This document shows positions 47,709-57,025 of a DNA stretch of 64,000 bases, piece after piece. The position numbers were made by a program, and so were the translations under genes. Positions within the stretch are counted from its first letter, which is position 1; the number at the start of each line of letters is the position of its first letter. The stretch spans positions 13,459 through 77,458 of the forward strand of contig QZJU01000020.1 of assembly GCA_003597955.1 (NCBI GenBank), in the 5' to 3' direction. This DNA comes from Candidatus Parcubacteria bacterium. Its GTDB lineage: Bacteria > Patescibacteriota > Patescibacteriia > PEXW01. The notes beneath the pieces were generated by a model. It made no database searches. It saw only the letters and a program-made list of their open reading frames with translations, and was not told the DNA's origin.

Positions 47709-47787
47709 GGGCTCGTGGTGTAGCCCGGTCTAACACGTCTCCCTGTCACGGAGAAGATCGCCGGTTCAAATCCGGTCGAGCCCGCCA
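47709..47787 (+). tRNA. tRNA-Asp (anticodon GUC), CCA encoded
   Basis: Acceptor GGGCTCG/CGAGCCC, D-stem GTGT/ACAC, anticodon stem TCTCC/GGAGA with loop CTGTCAC, T-arm GCCGG-TTCAAAT-CCGGT, discriminator G, then CCA. Confidence 0.9.
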
Positions 47788-47841
47788 GAAGTAAGCCTTC
47801 CTGCCTGCCCCGCAAACACGAACGAAGTGAGTGTTGTGTGG

Positions 47842-47888
47842 GGTCACGGAGAAGATCGTCCCGCCGAATGGCGGGGTCAGGTCCGCCA
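47842..47888 (+). repeat. Degenerate direct repeat of the tRNA-Asp 3' half (att-like scar)
   Basis: ggtcacggagaagatcg matches 16 of 17 nt of the tRNA anticodon-arm 3' side. It ends ...ccgcca like the tRNA 3' end. It lies 55 nt downstream of the tRNA. Confidence 0.55.
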
Positions 47889-48025
47889 AGAAAATTAAGT
47901 ATCAAATAGACTCGATAGCCTTAACATAACTCAAGTGTAGAATATGGTTAGATAATAGCCAATATTCGTATAAAAACGAGTTGTGCGAAATTTGGCCTCA
48001 AACTTAACGATTAAACCTTTAAAAT

Positions 48026-48202
48026 ATGAGCAATGATAACAACAATTCTTTGGAAGTGTTTTGTACTAACTGTGATTTCAAAGGGGCTATTACCCTTCTG
48101 GAACTTATGCTACTAGAGGACTTCGAGTGCCCAAAATGTAGACACAAAGAACTTAGAAAAAGGTCGAGGGCGGGAAGAATACTTCCTGGTTCCGGAGAAT
48201 AA
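48026..48202 (+). CDS. Zinc-ribbon miniprotein (58 aa, CxxC-x17-CxxC)
   Basis: MSNDNNNSLEVFCTNCDFKGAITLLELMLLEDFECPKCRHKELRKRSRAGRILPGSGE. Absent from the ORF track, presumably because it falls below the length cut-off. It lies in the AT-rich islet. Confidence 0.4.
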   Translation: MSNDNNNSLEVFCTNCDFKGAITLLELMLLEDFECPKCRHKELRKRSRAGRILPGSGE

Positions 48203-48276
48203 TCACATTTGAGATGTTCGGCCAAAAATCGCACAACACGGGCTAGCCGGTTCGTAAAGTTACTAATAATATTTTT

Positions 48277-48471
48277 ATGAAAAAATATCTTCACATTATT
48301 GTGATTTTTATACTCCTGATCGTAACAATAGTATTCTGGGAAGAATACTCTTTTCGTAAAAAAATTCAGGCAATAAACTACGAAAAGTGTCTTGCTAGTG
48401 TCCCAGATGACGCTAACTGGTCGATGTTACAAGAGGTTACCTTTCCACACTGTCTTCAAATTACAAAGTAA
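48277..48471 (+). CDS. Small membrane protein (64 aa, one TM)
   Basis: MKKYLHIIVIFILLIVTIVFW.... No clear RBS. Confidence 0.3.
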   Translation: MKKYLHIIVIFILLIVTIVFWEEYSFRKKIQAINYEKCLASVPDDANWSMLQEVTFPHCLQITK

Positions 48472-48652
48472 CTCACCCAAATTGCTCGCTCTCTTACGCG
48501 GTCGGCTCCGCCGCAATGATACCGCGACGTTCGCTCGCAACTTCGGCTAGCCCGAAACGTTAACGAACCGCAGTTCCTCAACTTTGTTCAATTCTCATTT
48601 CCCAACCCCTACCCACCTGCCTCAAGTCCCACAAAAAATTTTTATACACTAA

Positions 48653-48683
48653 AACTCCCATCTGCGAAGATGGGAGTTTTTTA
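48653..48683 (+). terminator. Rho-independent terminator
   Basis: Hairpin ctcccatc-tgcgaa-gatgggag followed by a T6 run. Confidence 0.65.
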
Positions 48684-48880
48684 AATAAACTTTAGAAATA
48701 CTTTCTGGGTTTACCCGCAACTAATTGCTTATCCGGAAATAGGTTTTGGGGATATTGCCTTTGCTGTCAGTGATGGCAAAATTCCAATATCATTTATAGA
48801 AATTTGCTTGACTTATACAAGAATTTAACCTAAGGTCAAGAAAATCAAAAAATAAAGTACTTTAAAAAGAAGGAGATAAA

Positions 48881-49813
48881 ATGCTAAATAGTCAAATCGC
48901 TTTAGGTAGCGTAATTCATACAAGCGATGATGCGTTTTGGTATTGTGCTGGGCACTGGAAAATTAACAATATCCAAGATGCATGCCCTTGTATTTTGGCA
49001 TACATTCCATTAGAAGAGGCAAGAAGCAATTCTCTTAAGGTAGAGAAAACTCTCGAATTTAATGGCCGTATATATGTTAAAGTTTTTGGCCGCTATGGGC
49101 AAACTCTTGAAATATATAGAAAGGTATTAATTGCCACACGGCATAAGCTTATTTGGCCTTTACACCTAGGAAGATCGGCATTTGTAAAATATTCAGCAAT
49201 AGTGGAAGTCCGCGATCCAAGGAGTTTTCTCCACGTCTTTACGGCAAATTTGGATGATGCAGAAGAAATATTTTCAGAGTTATCAAAAATATTACAAGTC
49301 CCTTTAAATCAAATGGGACTCAGTGGAAGCAACTTAGTCATTAATGTGCCTATGTGGAGACATGAGAATGATTTTGTTATTTACGGTACCTCTACGAGTC
49401 GAAACGCTTTTAATCTAATTGAAGCCAACCGTGATGAAAAAACATTTTCTCGAAGTGCATTACCGCCATTCCACACCCAATTTAAATTTAAAAACATGTG
49501 GTTTGACCCAATATTTAGCCCAGAAGTAGAAACTAGGCATTTCTTTGATGGATGTTTATTGGAAGTTGGGGAATCAATCGGAGAAGTGACCTCCATTATA
49601 AGTGAGGATAAAGATGGAATTTTCTTTCCGGCGGTATATACATTACAAAACGGGATTAGGCTATTTTCTTTTCGAATTAGCCATAGAGGATTATTTACAA
49701 AAAATAGGCCGGTCTCCTTTTCTTCTTTATCACGAATAATACTGACATACCCCGACGGTCACAAAGAAGACGCTTATGGTATACTTGACGATGAATGGGC
49801 CACACCCGGATAA
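48881..49813 (+). CDS. Hypothetical protein (310 aa) of the AT-rich islet, co-transcribed with a NUDIX hydrolase
   Basis: A strong AAGGAGA RBS is upstream. Codon usage is AT-rich. No recognisable domain. Its 3' end overlaps the NUDIX start by 19 nt. Confidence 0.5.
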   Translation: MLNSQIALGSVIHTSDDAFWYCAGHWKINNIQDACPCILAYIPLEEARSNSLKVEKTLEFNGRIYVKVFGRYGQTLEIYRKVLIATRHKLIWPLHLGRSAFVKYSAIVEVRDPRSFLHVFTANLDDAEEIFSELSKILQVPLNQMGLSGSNLVINVPMWRHENDFVIYGTSTSRNAFNLIEANRDEKTFSRSALPPFHTQFKFKNMWFDPIFSPEVETRHFFDGCLLEVGESIGEVTSIISEDKDGIFFPAVYTLQNGIRLFSFRISHRGLFTKNRPVSFSSLSRIILTYPDGHKEDAYGILDDEWATPG

Positions 49814-50301
49814 GTCCACAAGTTGTCGTACTTCGTCATAACCAACAAGGCTATGAAGAGGTATTGTTAATCCAACGAGCTGATACGGGAATTTGGACAA
49901 TACCCGGCGGCACTGTTGAAACTGGAGAATCTTTGGAACAAGCTGCGATTCGGGAGACCAAAGAAGAAACTGGGTATGATGTAAGTTTAATTCACCAAGT
50001 CGGAAAATATAGCCTCCCCCATATGCAATTCTTGGGAGAGGCTATTGTTTTTGTTGGAAAAATTAACGGCGGCGAATCTAAAATTGGCCTTGAATCCACT
50101 CAGGTTGTTTGGTTCAATGTTAACCGCTTGCCATATAAATTACTGCCTTTCCAAAAACCAAAAATTAAAGACGCCCTGGCGGGTAAAACCAAAATAAACA
50201 AAGAATTACCAACCACGACTTGGCAGGTTTTAAGGCATTACCTTATTTTCCCGCGAATTTTCTTCAGGCTCTTAAAGTTTTACCGGAAATACAAAAAGTA
50301 A
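49795..50301 (+). CDS. NUDIX hydrolase
   Basis: Nudix box GGTVETGESLEQAAIRETKEETG. 168 aa. Confidence 0.75.
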   Translation: MGHTRISPQVVVLRHNQQGYEEVLLIQRADTGIWTIPGGTVETGESLEQAAIRETKEETGYDVSLIHQVGKYSLPHMQFLGEAIVFVGKINGGESKIGLESTQVVWFNVNRLPYKLLPFQKPKIKDALAGKTKINKELPTTTWQVLRHYLIFPRIFFRLLKFYRKYKK

Positions 50302-50318
50302 AACTTGTGAATGCTGAA

Positions 50319-52679
50319 TTACTCACTAATCCGGAAAAATTTTCGGGGTATGTTTCCCTTGCTATCGGTAATGGCAAACGCGCCTTTTTTGATTACTTGC
50401 TGGGTGTCGCGATTGACGATTTTCACATCATAAAGACCCGGCTGCATTTTGCCGTATGGGATCAACATATTTATGTTCGTGCTGCTTTTAACAAAAGTTT
50501 TCAAACGGTAAGGTCCAATTGTTACTTGGGTGCCGTTTCGGAAATTTTTGCCAAAAATATCCAGATACGCTTTTTGCGTGGCAGAACTTACCTGCTTTAG
50601 CCGCGCCACCAAGAAGCGGGAATAAACCGGGCCAGGCTGGCCGAATTTCGGGCCGCCCACCAAATCCACAGTTCGAATCAAGTCGTTGGTACTATCCGCA
50701 ACATATAAAGTGTTGCCGTCGCGGCTGACGGCCAGGCTGGCCAGACCGTTAAACTTGGCTTGGAAGCGCGTGCCATTCCGATAGCCGGTTTCGCCGGCGC
50801 CGGAAACCAAGGTCATTATGCCGGTTTGGGTATTAACCACGGTAATCCGGCTCGAACCAGCATTACTAATATACAAAAGGTTATTCTGGCCCATGGCCAA
50901 GCCGACTGGCACAGAAAGGGCCGCGTTTACGCCTTTGCCTTCGGCGTAGCCGACGCGGTTACCCACCAAGGTGGTTACGGTTTGAGTTGCCAGGTCGATC
51001 ACCCGGATCCGATGGCTGCCTTGCTCGGCAACATACAAAGTCAGGCCGTCTTCGGAAATCGCCAAACGCCTGGGTTGATTAAAGCTGGCCAAATCCCCAA
51101 CGCCGTTTGTCGAGCCAGCTGCACCCGAGCCCGCGATTAAAGTAGTCAGGCCGTCGGAAATCCTGACGCTACGAATCCGGTTATTGCCCGTGTCGGCTAT
51201 GTATAAAATTTGGCCGTCAGGCGAAATTTCAATGCCTTGGGGTCCGCGGAAATAAGCACAACCCGCAACGCTAAGATCTTGGGTTTCGCATTTCGTACCT
51301 TCTTGGTAGCCGTTATTCATCGCGCCCGTGGAATTTATCAGACCCGCTCCGGTAATCAGCGAGGATGTTGGCGTGCCGGCCAAGGTGACTTTGCGAACTC
51401 TATTGTTCCAACGATCGACTAAATACAAAGTGGCGTCATCAGAACTTAGTACAATCGAGGAGATGGTGCTAAATCTCACCCGAGTAGTTTCTTGATTTGC
51501 CGGCCCTTCCCCGTAATCGTCGACCATGTCGCCAATAACCGTGGTGGTTTCGCCGGTGGCTAAAATAATTTTCTTAATCTGGTTATTAACCGCGGCGTAC
51601 ATAATTGAACCGTCTGTAGTCATGGCAAAGGCCGCGGGTCGGCCGAGTAAAACCCCGCCTTTGATGTCGTCTACATTCCCAAACCGAGTTGAGCCAATGA
51701 AACCTTCTTCATCCGTAGGTAAAGATTTGCTGTAACGGTGAATTGTGCCTATGCCGGAATTCGCCACATAGACATTGTTGCCATAAACCCTTAAGCCGCA
51801 AGGAAAATTCAAATCTTGCATGCGAAAATCTGTGGCAAATAACGAAGTTTGTTTGGTGGTTAAATCAATGGCCCGCACATAATCAGTCAGGCCATTGCCG
51901 TCGCTGACATACAAAGTGTTGCCGTCGCGGGTAATGCCCCAGACATTCTGGAATATTGCCTCTTCACCCACTCCTTCCCAATACCCTGAAATGCCTGAGC
52001 CAGCAATAACACTTGCTTGGCCAGTGGCAATGTTAACGCTTAAAACTCGGTGTGAGCCGCTGTCGGCCACATATAATTCAAGCCCATCAGCTGACAAGGC
52101 CAGTTTTTTCGGCGCCTTAACCTGCGTGGAAACCGTTAGTAGCCGACCGCCGGTTATGCTGATTTTCCGAATGGCATTATTGTCTGTATCCGCTATGAAT
52201 AGGGTTGACCCATTAACTAAAACGCCCTGGGGGTTCTTTAGGCCAGTTCTAACCAAGGTTGAAACTGTACCATTGGTTTTAACGACCCGAATGCGATTAT
52301 TGGCTGAATCCGCTACATATAAATTGCCATTTGTGTCTCTGGCCAAACCCCGCGGCAAGGCAAAATTTGCACCACGCGCCACGCCGTCACGGTTTCCGTA
52401 CCCACCGTTTCCGGCATAAGTTGAAACTGTGCCATCCGGTGAAACTTTTCTAATGACATTGTTGTATGTGTCGGCGATAAAAAAAGTGCCGTCAGCCGTT
52501 ATTTCCAAATCTTCGGGAAAATCTAAAAGCGCTTGGGTTCGACCCAAACCGTCACCCGCGTAGATCTTCCCCAAAAATGTCGTGGTGTCGCCATAGGCCG
52601 CTAATGACATTTTTGGCAAAACCAAAGCTCCCGCGCTTAAAACCAGAGCGGAAATCAGAAGTTTTAAATAAAGCTTCAT
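50319..52679 (-). CDS. Secreted NHL-repeat beta-propeller protein with a C-terminal IPT/TIG-like domain
   Basis: Signal peptide, many NHL-like repeats (YVAD/YIAD...NNRI motifs) and a C-terminal Ig-like domain. 786 aa. Confidence 0.68.
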   Translation of the reverse strand: MKLYLKLLISALVLSAGALVLPKMSLAAYGDTTTFLGKIYAGDGLGRTQALLDFPEDLEITADGTFFIADTYNNVIRKVSPDGTVSTYAGNGGYGNRDGVARGANFALPRGLARDTNGNLYVADSANNRIRVVKTNGTVSTLVRTGLKNPQGVLVNGSTLFIADTDNNAIRKISITGGRLLTVSTQVKAPKKLALSADGLELYVADSGSHRVLSVNIATGQASVIAGSGISGYWEGVGEEAIFQNVWGITRDGNTLYVSDGNGLTDYVRAIDLTTKQTSLFATDFRMQDLNFPCGLRVYGNNVYVANSGIGTIHRYSKSLPTDEEGFIGSTRFGNVDDIKGGVLLGRPAAFAMTTDGSIMYAAVNNQIKKIILATGETTTVIGDMVDDYGEGPANQETTRVRFSTISSIVLSSDDATLYLVDRWNNRVRKVTLAGTPTSSLITGAGLINSTGAMNNGYQEGTKCETQDLSVAGCAYFRGPQGIEISPDGQILYIADTGNNRIRSVRISDGLTTLIAGSGAAGSTNGVGDLASFNQPRRLAISEDGLTLYVAEQGSHRIRVIDLATQTVTTLVGNRVGYAEGKGVNAALSVPVGLAMGQNNLLYISNAGSSRITVVNTQTGIMTLVSGAGETGYRNGTRFQAKFNGLASLAVSRDGNTLYVADSTNDLIRTVDLVGGPKFGQPGPVYSRFLVARLKQVSSATQKAYLDIFGKNFRNGTQVTIGPYRLKTFVKSSTNINMLIPYGKMQPGLYDVKIVNRDTQQVIKKGAFAITDSKGNIPRKFFRISE

Positions 52680-52788
52680 AAATTTTTAATAGTTTAAATT
52701 TTTATTTTTTTGCTAATATTATTATAGCATATTTTAAATAAAAAATAAAGGGGCGAACTTTTAAGTTCGTCCCTTTGAAAAAACAATG

Positions 52789-53808
52789 TTATTTTAACGC
52801 TAAATCCGGAATAAACCGGATCTCGCGCTTAATGCGAACCACGCCCTGATTCCCGTCAAAGCCGTTCTGAACATCATTGATGGTCAGTTCGACTTCTTTG
52901 GGATTAGGACTGTCGTTCACCACGGCAACATTGGCGCCCATTCTTAAAGGCTGCCAATCGCCGTCGAATTCCCGATAAATCAAAGCGTACCGATTCAGGT
53001 TAGCCGCGATATAATCCCCAACCCTATTCGATTCAGTGAATTTGGCACTGGCTTCCAGGCCGTTGCCGTCGCACCAGAATTCCTGACTCGTGCCATACGT
53101 AAAGCTCAAAAAGACATCGGGCATATACCAGGCTGAATCGATTTCTAAGGTTAGTATTGAACTTGGCGGAACCGTTATTGTCTCCGGGTTGTTATTCGTG
53201 ACATCAAGCTCAATAACCACGGTATCCTGGGTTTGCGCTTGAGCTTGCCTGGTTTTGCCTGGCAGTGTAATGCCAGCGCTATCCATAACAGCCTCAATAC
53301 TTCTTTTGGCTTTCTGAATATCGGTGCCGACTTTAAGAAAGTCAGCTTCAACCACCGAATCCATGACAATGGAATCAGCCGATTGCTTGACCAATGCCGC
53401 TCGCACGCGTTTCTCGGTGGCTTGGGCGGATTTTTGGACAAAAACCTGTAATCCGCCGATAACCACGCTCTGTTGAGCCGCGACCGGATTAAATAATTTG
53501 GCGGCTTCGGTGTTTTGATCAGACAATACATCAAGCATTTTGGAATACTCAATGGTCGGCTGCAAAGATCGGTACCATTTAACGCCTTGATAGACAATCA
53601 CTATGGCGCAGAAAGCCGCCACGACCACGCCCGCCCAGCGATGAATGGTAAAGCCAATGGCCAGTAAGGAAACAATCACGATTGCTTCCAATGCCTTACT
53701 GTTATACTCACCAATAAAAAATTTAGTGAGTATGGCCAAGATAAGCATAACTGCTAAAAAGGCCGAGAGCTTGGGATACCGTTTAATATATTCCCTCAAG
53801 GTTTTCAT
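52789..53808 (-). CDS. Hypothetical membrane protein (3 TM helices plus an extracytoplasmic beta-rich domain)
   Basis: 339 aa. It is the last gene of a three-gene minus-strand operon. Confidence 0.45.
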   Translation of the reverse strand: MKTLREYIKRYPKLSAFLAVMLILAILTKFFIGEYNSKALEAIVIVSLLAIGFTIHRWAGVVVAAFCAIVIVYQGVKWYRSLQPTIEYSKMLDVLSDQNTEAAKLFNPVAAQQSVVIGGLQVFVQKSAQATEKRVRAALVKQSADSIVMDSVVEADFLKVGTDIQKAKRSIEAVMDSAGITLPGKTRQAQAQTQDTVVIELDVTNNNPETITVPPSSILTLEIDSAWYMPDVFLSFTYGTSQEFWCDGNGLEASAKFTESNRVGDYIAANLNRYALIYREFDGDWQPLRMGANVAVVNDSPNPKEVELTINDVQNGFDGNQGVVRIKREIRFIPDLALK

Positions 53809-53817
53809 GTTTTTCTC

Positions 53818-54663
53818 CTATGCTTGCCCTTTCTTGCTTTTTCGAAGCTCAAATATCTCATCAATTACAAACAGTGAGGCAATGATTTCCCCCGCGTTCT
53901 TCTTAATGAATTTTAAAAACTTAATCCAGGGAATTGGTTTTTCGGCCTCTGTGGCTGCGGCAGTTTGTCCACCTGAGCCGGCCACAACGAAAGTAGGTGC
54001 TGGCCAATTAATCACGCTAGTTGTGCCAGAGCTCTCCTTGCCCTCGGTTTTACCCCGTTCCGCAAAATTGCTAATGCCTTCGCGGATTGAAGCAAACATA
54101 TTCTGGATAAATTCCCAGCTTTCCTCCCTTAAAGAAATCAAGCCGTAGGCCAAGGTAATTAGCCAACCTAAAGGCAGAGCAACAAACCACCAAACTAACC
54201 AGAAAATTATCCAACCCCAGGAAGTTTGCCGATTAGCCACATCTTGGGTGTCGGCAGAATCCTGTTTAGCCTGTGCATAGCCGAAAAATTTCTCCGCATC
54301 GGGTAAATACCCAGTGTGGATTACTGATCGGTCCATGGAAGGAATTGGGTCATTGGCCTGGATCGGCGGAGAATCATGGGTTATAACCAGCGCGGCAACC
54401 GTAATGACTGAAGCCAAAGTCAGGACAAACATGAAAATCAATAAAACACGAGCGCGGGCATTGTTAGTGCTCATTTGCCTGGCAAACCATCGACCTAACC
54501 AGGTCGAAAAACTTTCTTTGGGCGTTTCGATTGGCGTCCCCATATCGCCTTCTCTAACTCGACTTGCAACTCGCATGGCAGACTTAAATATTAGTTTTAA
54601 TATTGCTATTAAAACGATTATTGCTGCCAAGATTAAACCTAAAAACAATAATACATATCCCAT
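53818..54663 (-). CDS. Hypothetical polytopic membrane protein
   Basis: 281 aa with four TM helices, including a Trp-rich segment WGWIIFWLVWWFVALPLGWLI. Confidence 0.45.
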   Translation of the reverse strand: MGYVLLFLGLILAAIIVLIAILKLIFKSAMRVASRVREGDMGTPIETPKESFSTWLGRWFARQMSTNNARARVLLIFMFVLTLASVITVAALVITHDSPPIQANDPIPSMDRSVIHTGYLPDAEKFFGYAQAKQDSADTQDVANRQTSWGWIIFWLVWWFVALPLGWLITLAYGLISLREESWEFIQNMFASIREGISNFAERGKTEGKESSGTTSVINWPAPTFVVAGSGGQTAAATEAEKPIPWIKFLKFIKKNAGEIIASLFVIDEIFELRKSKKGQA

Positions 54664-54664
54664 A

Positions 54665-55639
54665 TCAACCTCTTATTCTATTCCGTTCATCCTGAAAGCC
54701 AGCCCAAAAACCTTGAACCGGTTTTTTTGCCGAGCTTTCAGTTACGGCTTTGGCCGCAGCGGGTTTTTTGATGTTTCCGACTTTCGGCGCAAAACCTTCC
54801 ACATACATTGTGTATTTGGTCAACCTGCCCTTTGGCTCAAAGTTGAAGGGTCCCAGAGAAACTTGGCCAGTTGCATCAGTTTTGTCCTCTTTTGGTTTTT
54901 GTGAACCGCAGCGGACAACCACTTTACAATTTGGCACTGGCTCACCGGTTTTAGTTTGCCAGACCGTGCAGGTAACTCGGAAGGTGCCCTCGTCAATAAC
55001 CGAATCCAGAATTTTAAATTCCCTCGCCGGCCAAGACTTAGACACTCGAATCACCTGACGTCGTTCGCCAGTCTGCAAAGTGGACGCGACAATTTCGTAA
55101 TCTCTATCCTCTTCAATCGGGCCAAAATACGCTTCACACCGACCATTGGCATCCGTCAGCAAATTTTGTTCAGCAAAACCTTTTACCCGCAGTTTTACTG
55201 AACAACCCACAACCGGCCGGCTTGCGCTGGTAACCTGCGTCCCTACCGCTAATTTCTTGACTTTCATGTCATCGATCTTAGCGTCAAAAACATTTGTTAC
55301 TAAAGTAAGCGCAACCGCATTTGTCGGCGCGGTAAACGGGACATCTCGGGTAAGTTCCCAAGTCTCCCCGCCAATCTCCAAAGTTGCCTGAACGCGGGGC
55401 TGTTGGCTTAAATCCGAAATCGGAACCGAAACAACGGTCTGGCCTTCTTTGGCCAAATCCGCCTCAAAAGTCTGGCCATAAGCCGTGCCTTTGATGGTCC
55501 CGCTTTCGCCCTTCAGGTGATTGGGAATTTTCGGGCTGAACTTAAGAACTAAAGCAAGGTTGCCCCCGCGCATTTCCCAAGTCTGCCCAACCAAAGCCAA
55601 TGACAACTTATTCGCGTTGTCTTTGTCTGGTTTTGCCAT
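54665..55639 (-). CDS. Hypothetical protein with carboxypeptidase-regulatory-like (Cna-B type) beta-sandwich domains
   Basis: VVGCSVKLRVKG...TDANGRCEAYFGP and a second TDATGQVSLGPF repeat. 324 aa. No signal peptide is evident. Confidence 0.45.
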   Translation of the reverse strand: MAKPDKDNANKLSLALVGQTWEMRGGNLALVLKFSPKIPNHLKGESGTIKGTAYGQTFEADLAKEGQTVVSVPISDLSQQPRVQATLEIGGETWELTRDVPFTAPTNAVALTLVTNVFDAKIDDMKVKKLAVGTQVTSASRPVVGCSVKLRVKGFAEQNLLTDANGRCEAYFGPIEEDRDYEIVASTLQTGERRQVIRVSKSWPAREFKILDSVIDEGTFRVTCTVWQTKTGEPVPNCKVVVRCGSQKPKEDKTDATGQVSLGPFNFEPKGRLTKYTMYVEGFAPKVGNIKKPAAAKAVTESSAKKPVQGFWAGFQDERNRIRG

Positions 55640-55848
55640 GACTAACTCCTTTCGTTTATAGTATTGTTTATGTTCTTAATTGTTGATTAAATTTTCAACG
55701 AACTTCCAACCTCATCGGCTGGAGCTATAACCTGGAAAGCCATGGCTATAACAATCCAAGCTAACATTTATTTGCGAATTTGTCAAGGTTTTTTGGAGGG
55801 GTAAATATTTTACACATTCACTTGATTAAAAACACAGTCTACACTCTT

Positions 55849-55967
55849 CTTATTTGTATTTCGTATATTCCCGCCCGTTTCGCCTTGTGAAGCGACCCGC
55901 CCGACTGAACGACTTCAGTCGTTCGGGCGGGTGGCGAGCAGACGTACTTTTATTTGTAATTCGTAGA
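55849..55967. repeat. Small GC-rich palindromic insertion (about 80 bp core) flanked by about 18-bp imperfect direct repeats ttatttgta(t/a)ttcgta
   Basis: The core contains cccgcccg three times and a long hairpin cccgcccgactgaacgac/gtcgttcgggcggg. The flanks are ttatttgtatttcgtata and tttatttgtaattcgtaga. It lies in the AT-rich divergent promoter region. Confidence 0.6.
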
Positions 55968-56042
55968 CAATTCCATAACCGGTAACTTGACATTTATACA
56001 ATTTCCTGCTAGTCTCACGAGAATAAATCAAAAACAAAACGC

Positions 56043-56990
56043 ATGAATTCAAAGGAGGAAATCATGCCGCTAATACTGTTCTTACTATTTGGATTGCTCG
56101 TGGCTTGGGGCATAAGGTTCGTGCCCAGTCAAAAACAGTGGCTGCCTATCTTTTTGGGCAAAAGATTGCATATTCGTCTGCTTGAAGGACCGGTTTGGCT
56201 GCCAAGATGGCTTTATACATACACGGAAGTTCCCATAACCGAAAACGAACTCGTAGTTTTGCGTGACGATCAAGAACCCGGGCGACAGTCGGAAACTATT
56301 ATGACTACGAATGGCGTAATGGTGGAAATCAGGAATGTTTCGGTTTTTTGGAGCATCAAGCGCCAAGACGATCAGCCTTTTAAAGGCTGGCGAAAAATTT
56401 TGAGCTTGCTCGGTTGGCATCCAGGTAACCAACTCTTTGATTTTACCCAGATTGGGGACAAAATCTTCACTGAACGGATAAAAACGATAACCCTGCAAGA
56501 GCAGCGAAAGCATGTCCAAGTTTATTCTTTCCAAGAACTGCTGGGTATAACTTTGGAAGGTTTGGATATGCCGGCGGCTGACCGTGATAAAGTCATTGCC
56601 ACTCGCAGCGAGTTGCATTTAAAAATCGCGGTGGCTGTTAACCAGGAAACGAACCGCTGGGGCGCCGAGATCTATCGGGTTAGTATCGGCGATATTGATC
56701 CGGATCCGGTGATTAAAAAAGCCTTGGAAGAAAAAACGCAGGCGCTGGGGCATAAAATGCAGGTTATGGTCCGCTTGAGCGCTGACCTGGAACGGGTAAA
56801 ACAGTTACTCGAACTTGCCAATCAGCCAGCCACGTCTGAAAACATCATGAAAGCCTATGAGCTTATCCGGTCTTTGGATAACAACCGCATAGGCAACGAA
56901 CAGCTCGGACTGCTCGCGGATGTCTTCAAGCGCTTGGCAGGCCGACCTGTAGCCGAGATTATTCCCAAAATTGCCGAGGCTATGAGCTGA
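56043..56990 (+). CDS. SPFH/Band-7 (stomatin/prohibitin-like) domain protein
   Basis: N-terminal TM followed by an SPFH-like core (VVLRDDQ...TTNGVMVEIRNVSVFWSI) and a C-terminal coiled-coil. Confidence 0.55.
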   Translation: MNSKEEIMPLILFLLFGLLVAWGIRFVPSQKQWLPIFLGKRLHIRLLEGPVWLPRWLYTYTEVPITENELVVLRDDQEPGRQSETIMTTNGVMVEIRNVSVFWSIKRQDDQPFKGWRKILSLLGWHPGNQLFDFTQIGDKIFTERIKTITLQEQRKHVQVYSFQELLGITLEGLDMPAADRDKVIATRSELHLKIAVAVNQETNRWGAEIYRVSIGDIDPDPVIKKALEEKTQALGHKMQVMVRLSADLERVKQLLELANQPATSENIMKAYELIRSLDNNRIGNEQLGLLADVFKRLAGRPVAEIIPKIAEAMS

Positions 56991-57025
56991 TCCACAAGCC
57001 TTTGTCTTTATAGACAAAGGCTTTT

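Noticed and set aside
48019-48294. 91-aa minus-strand ORF in the AT-rich islet
   Set aside because: It overlaps the better-supported plus-strand zinc-ribbon ORF (CxxC pairs). It has no RBS and a low-complexity Ser-rich sequence.
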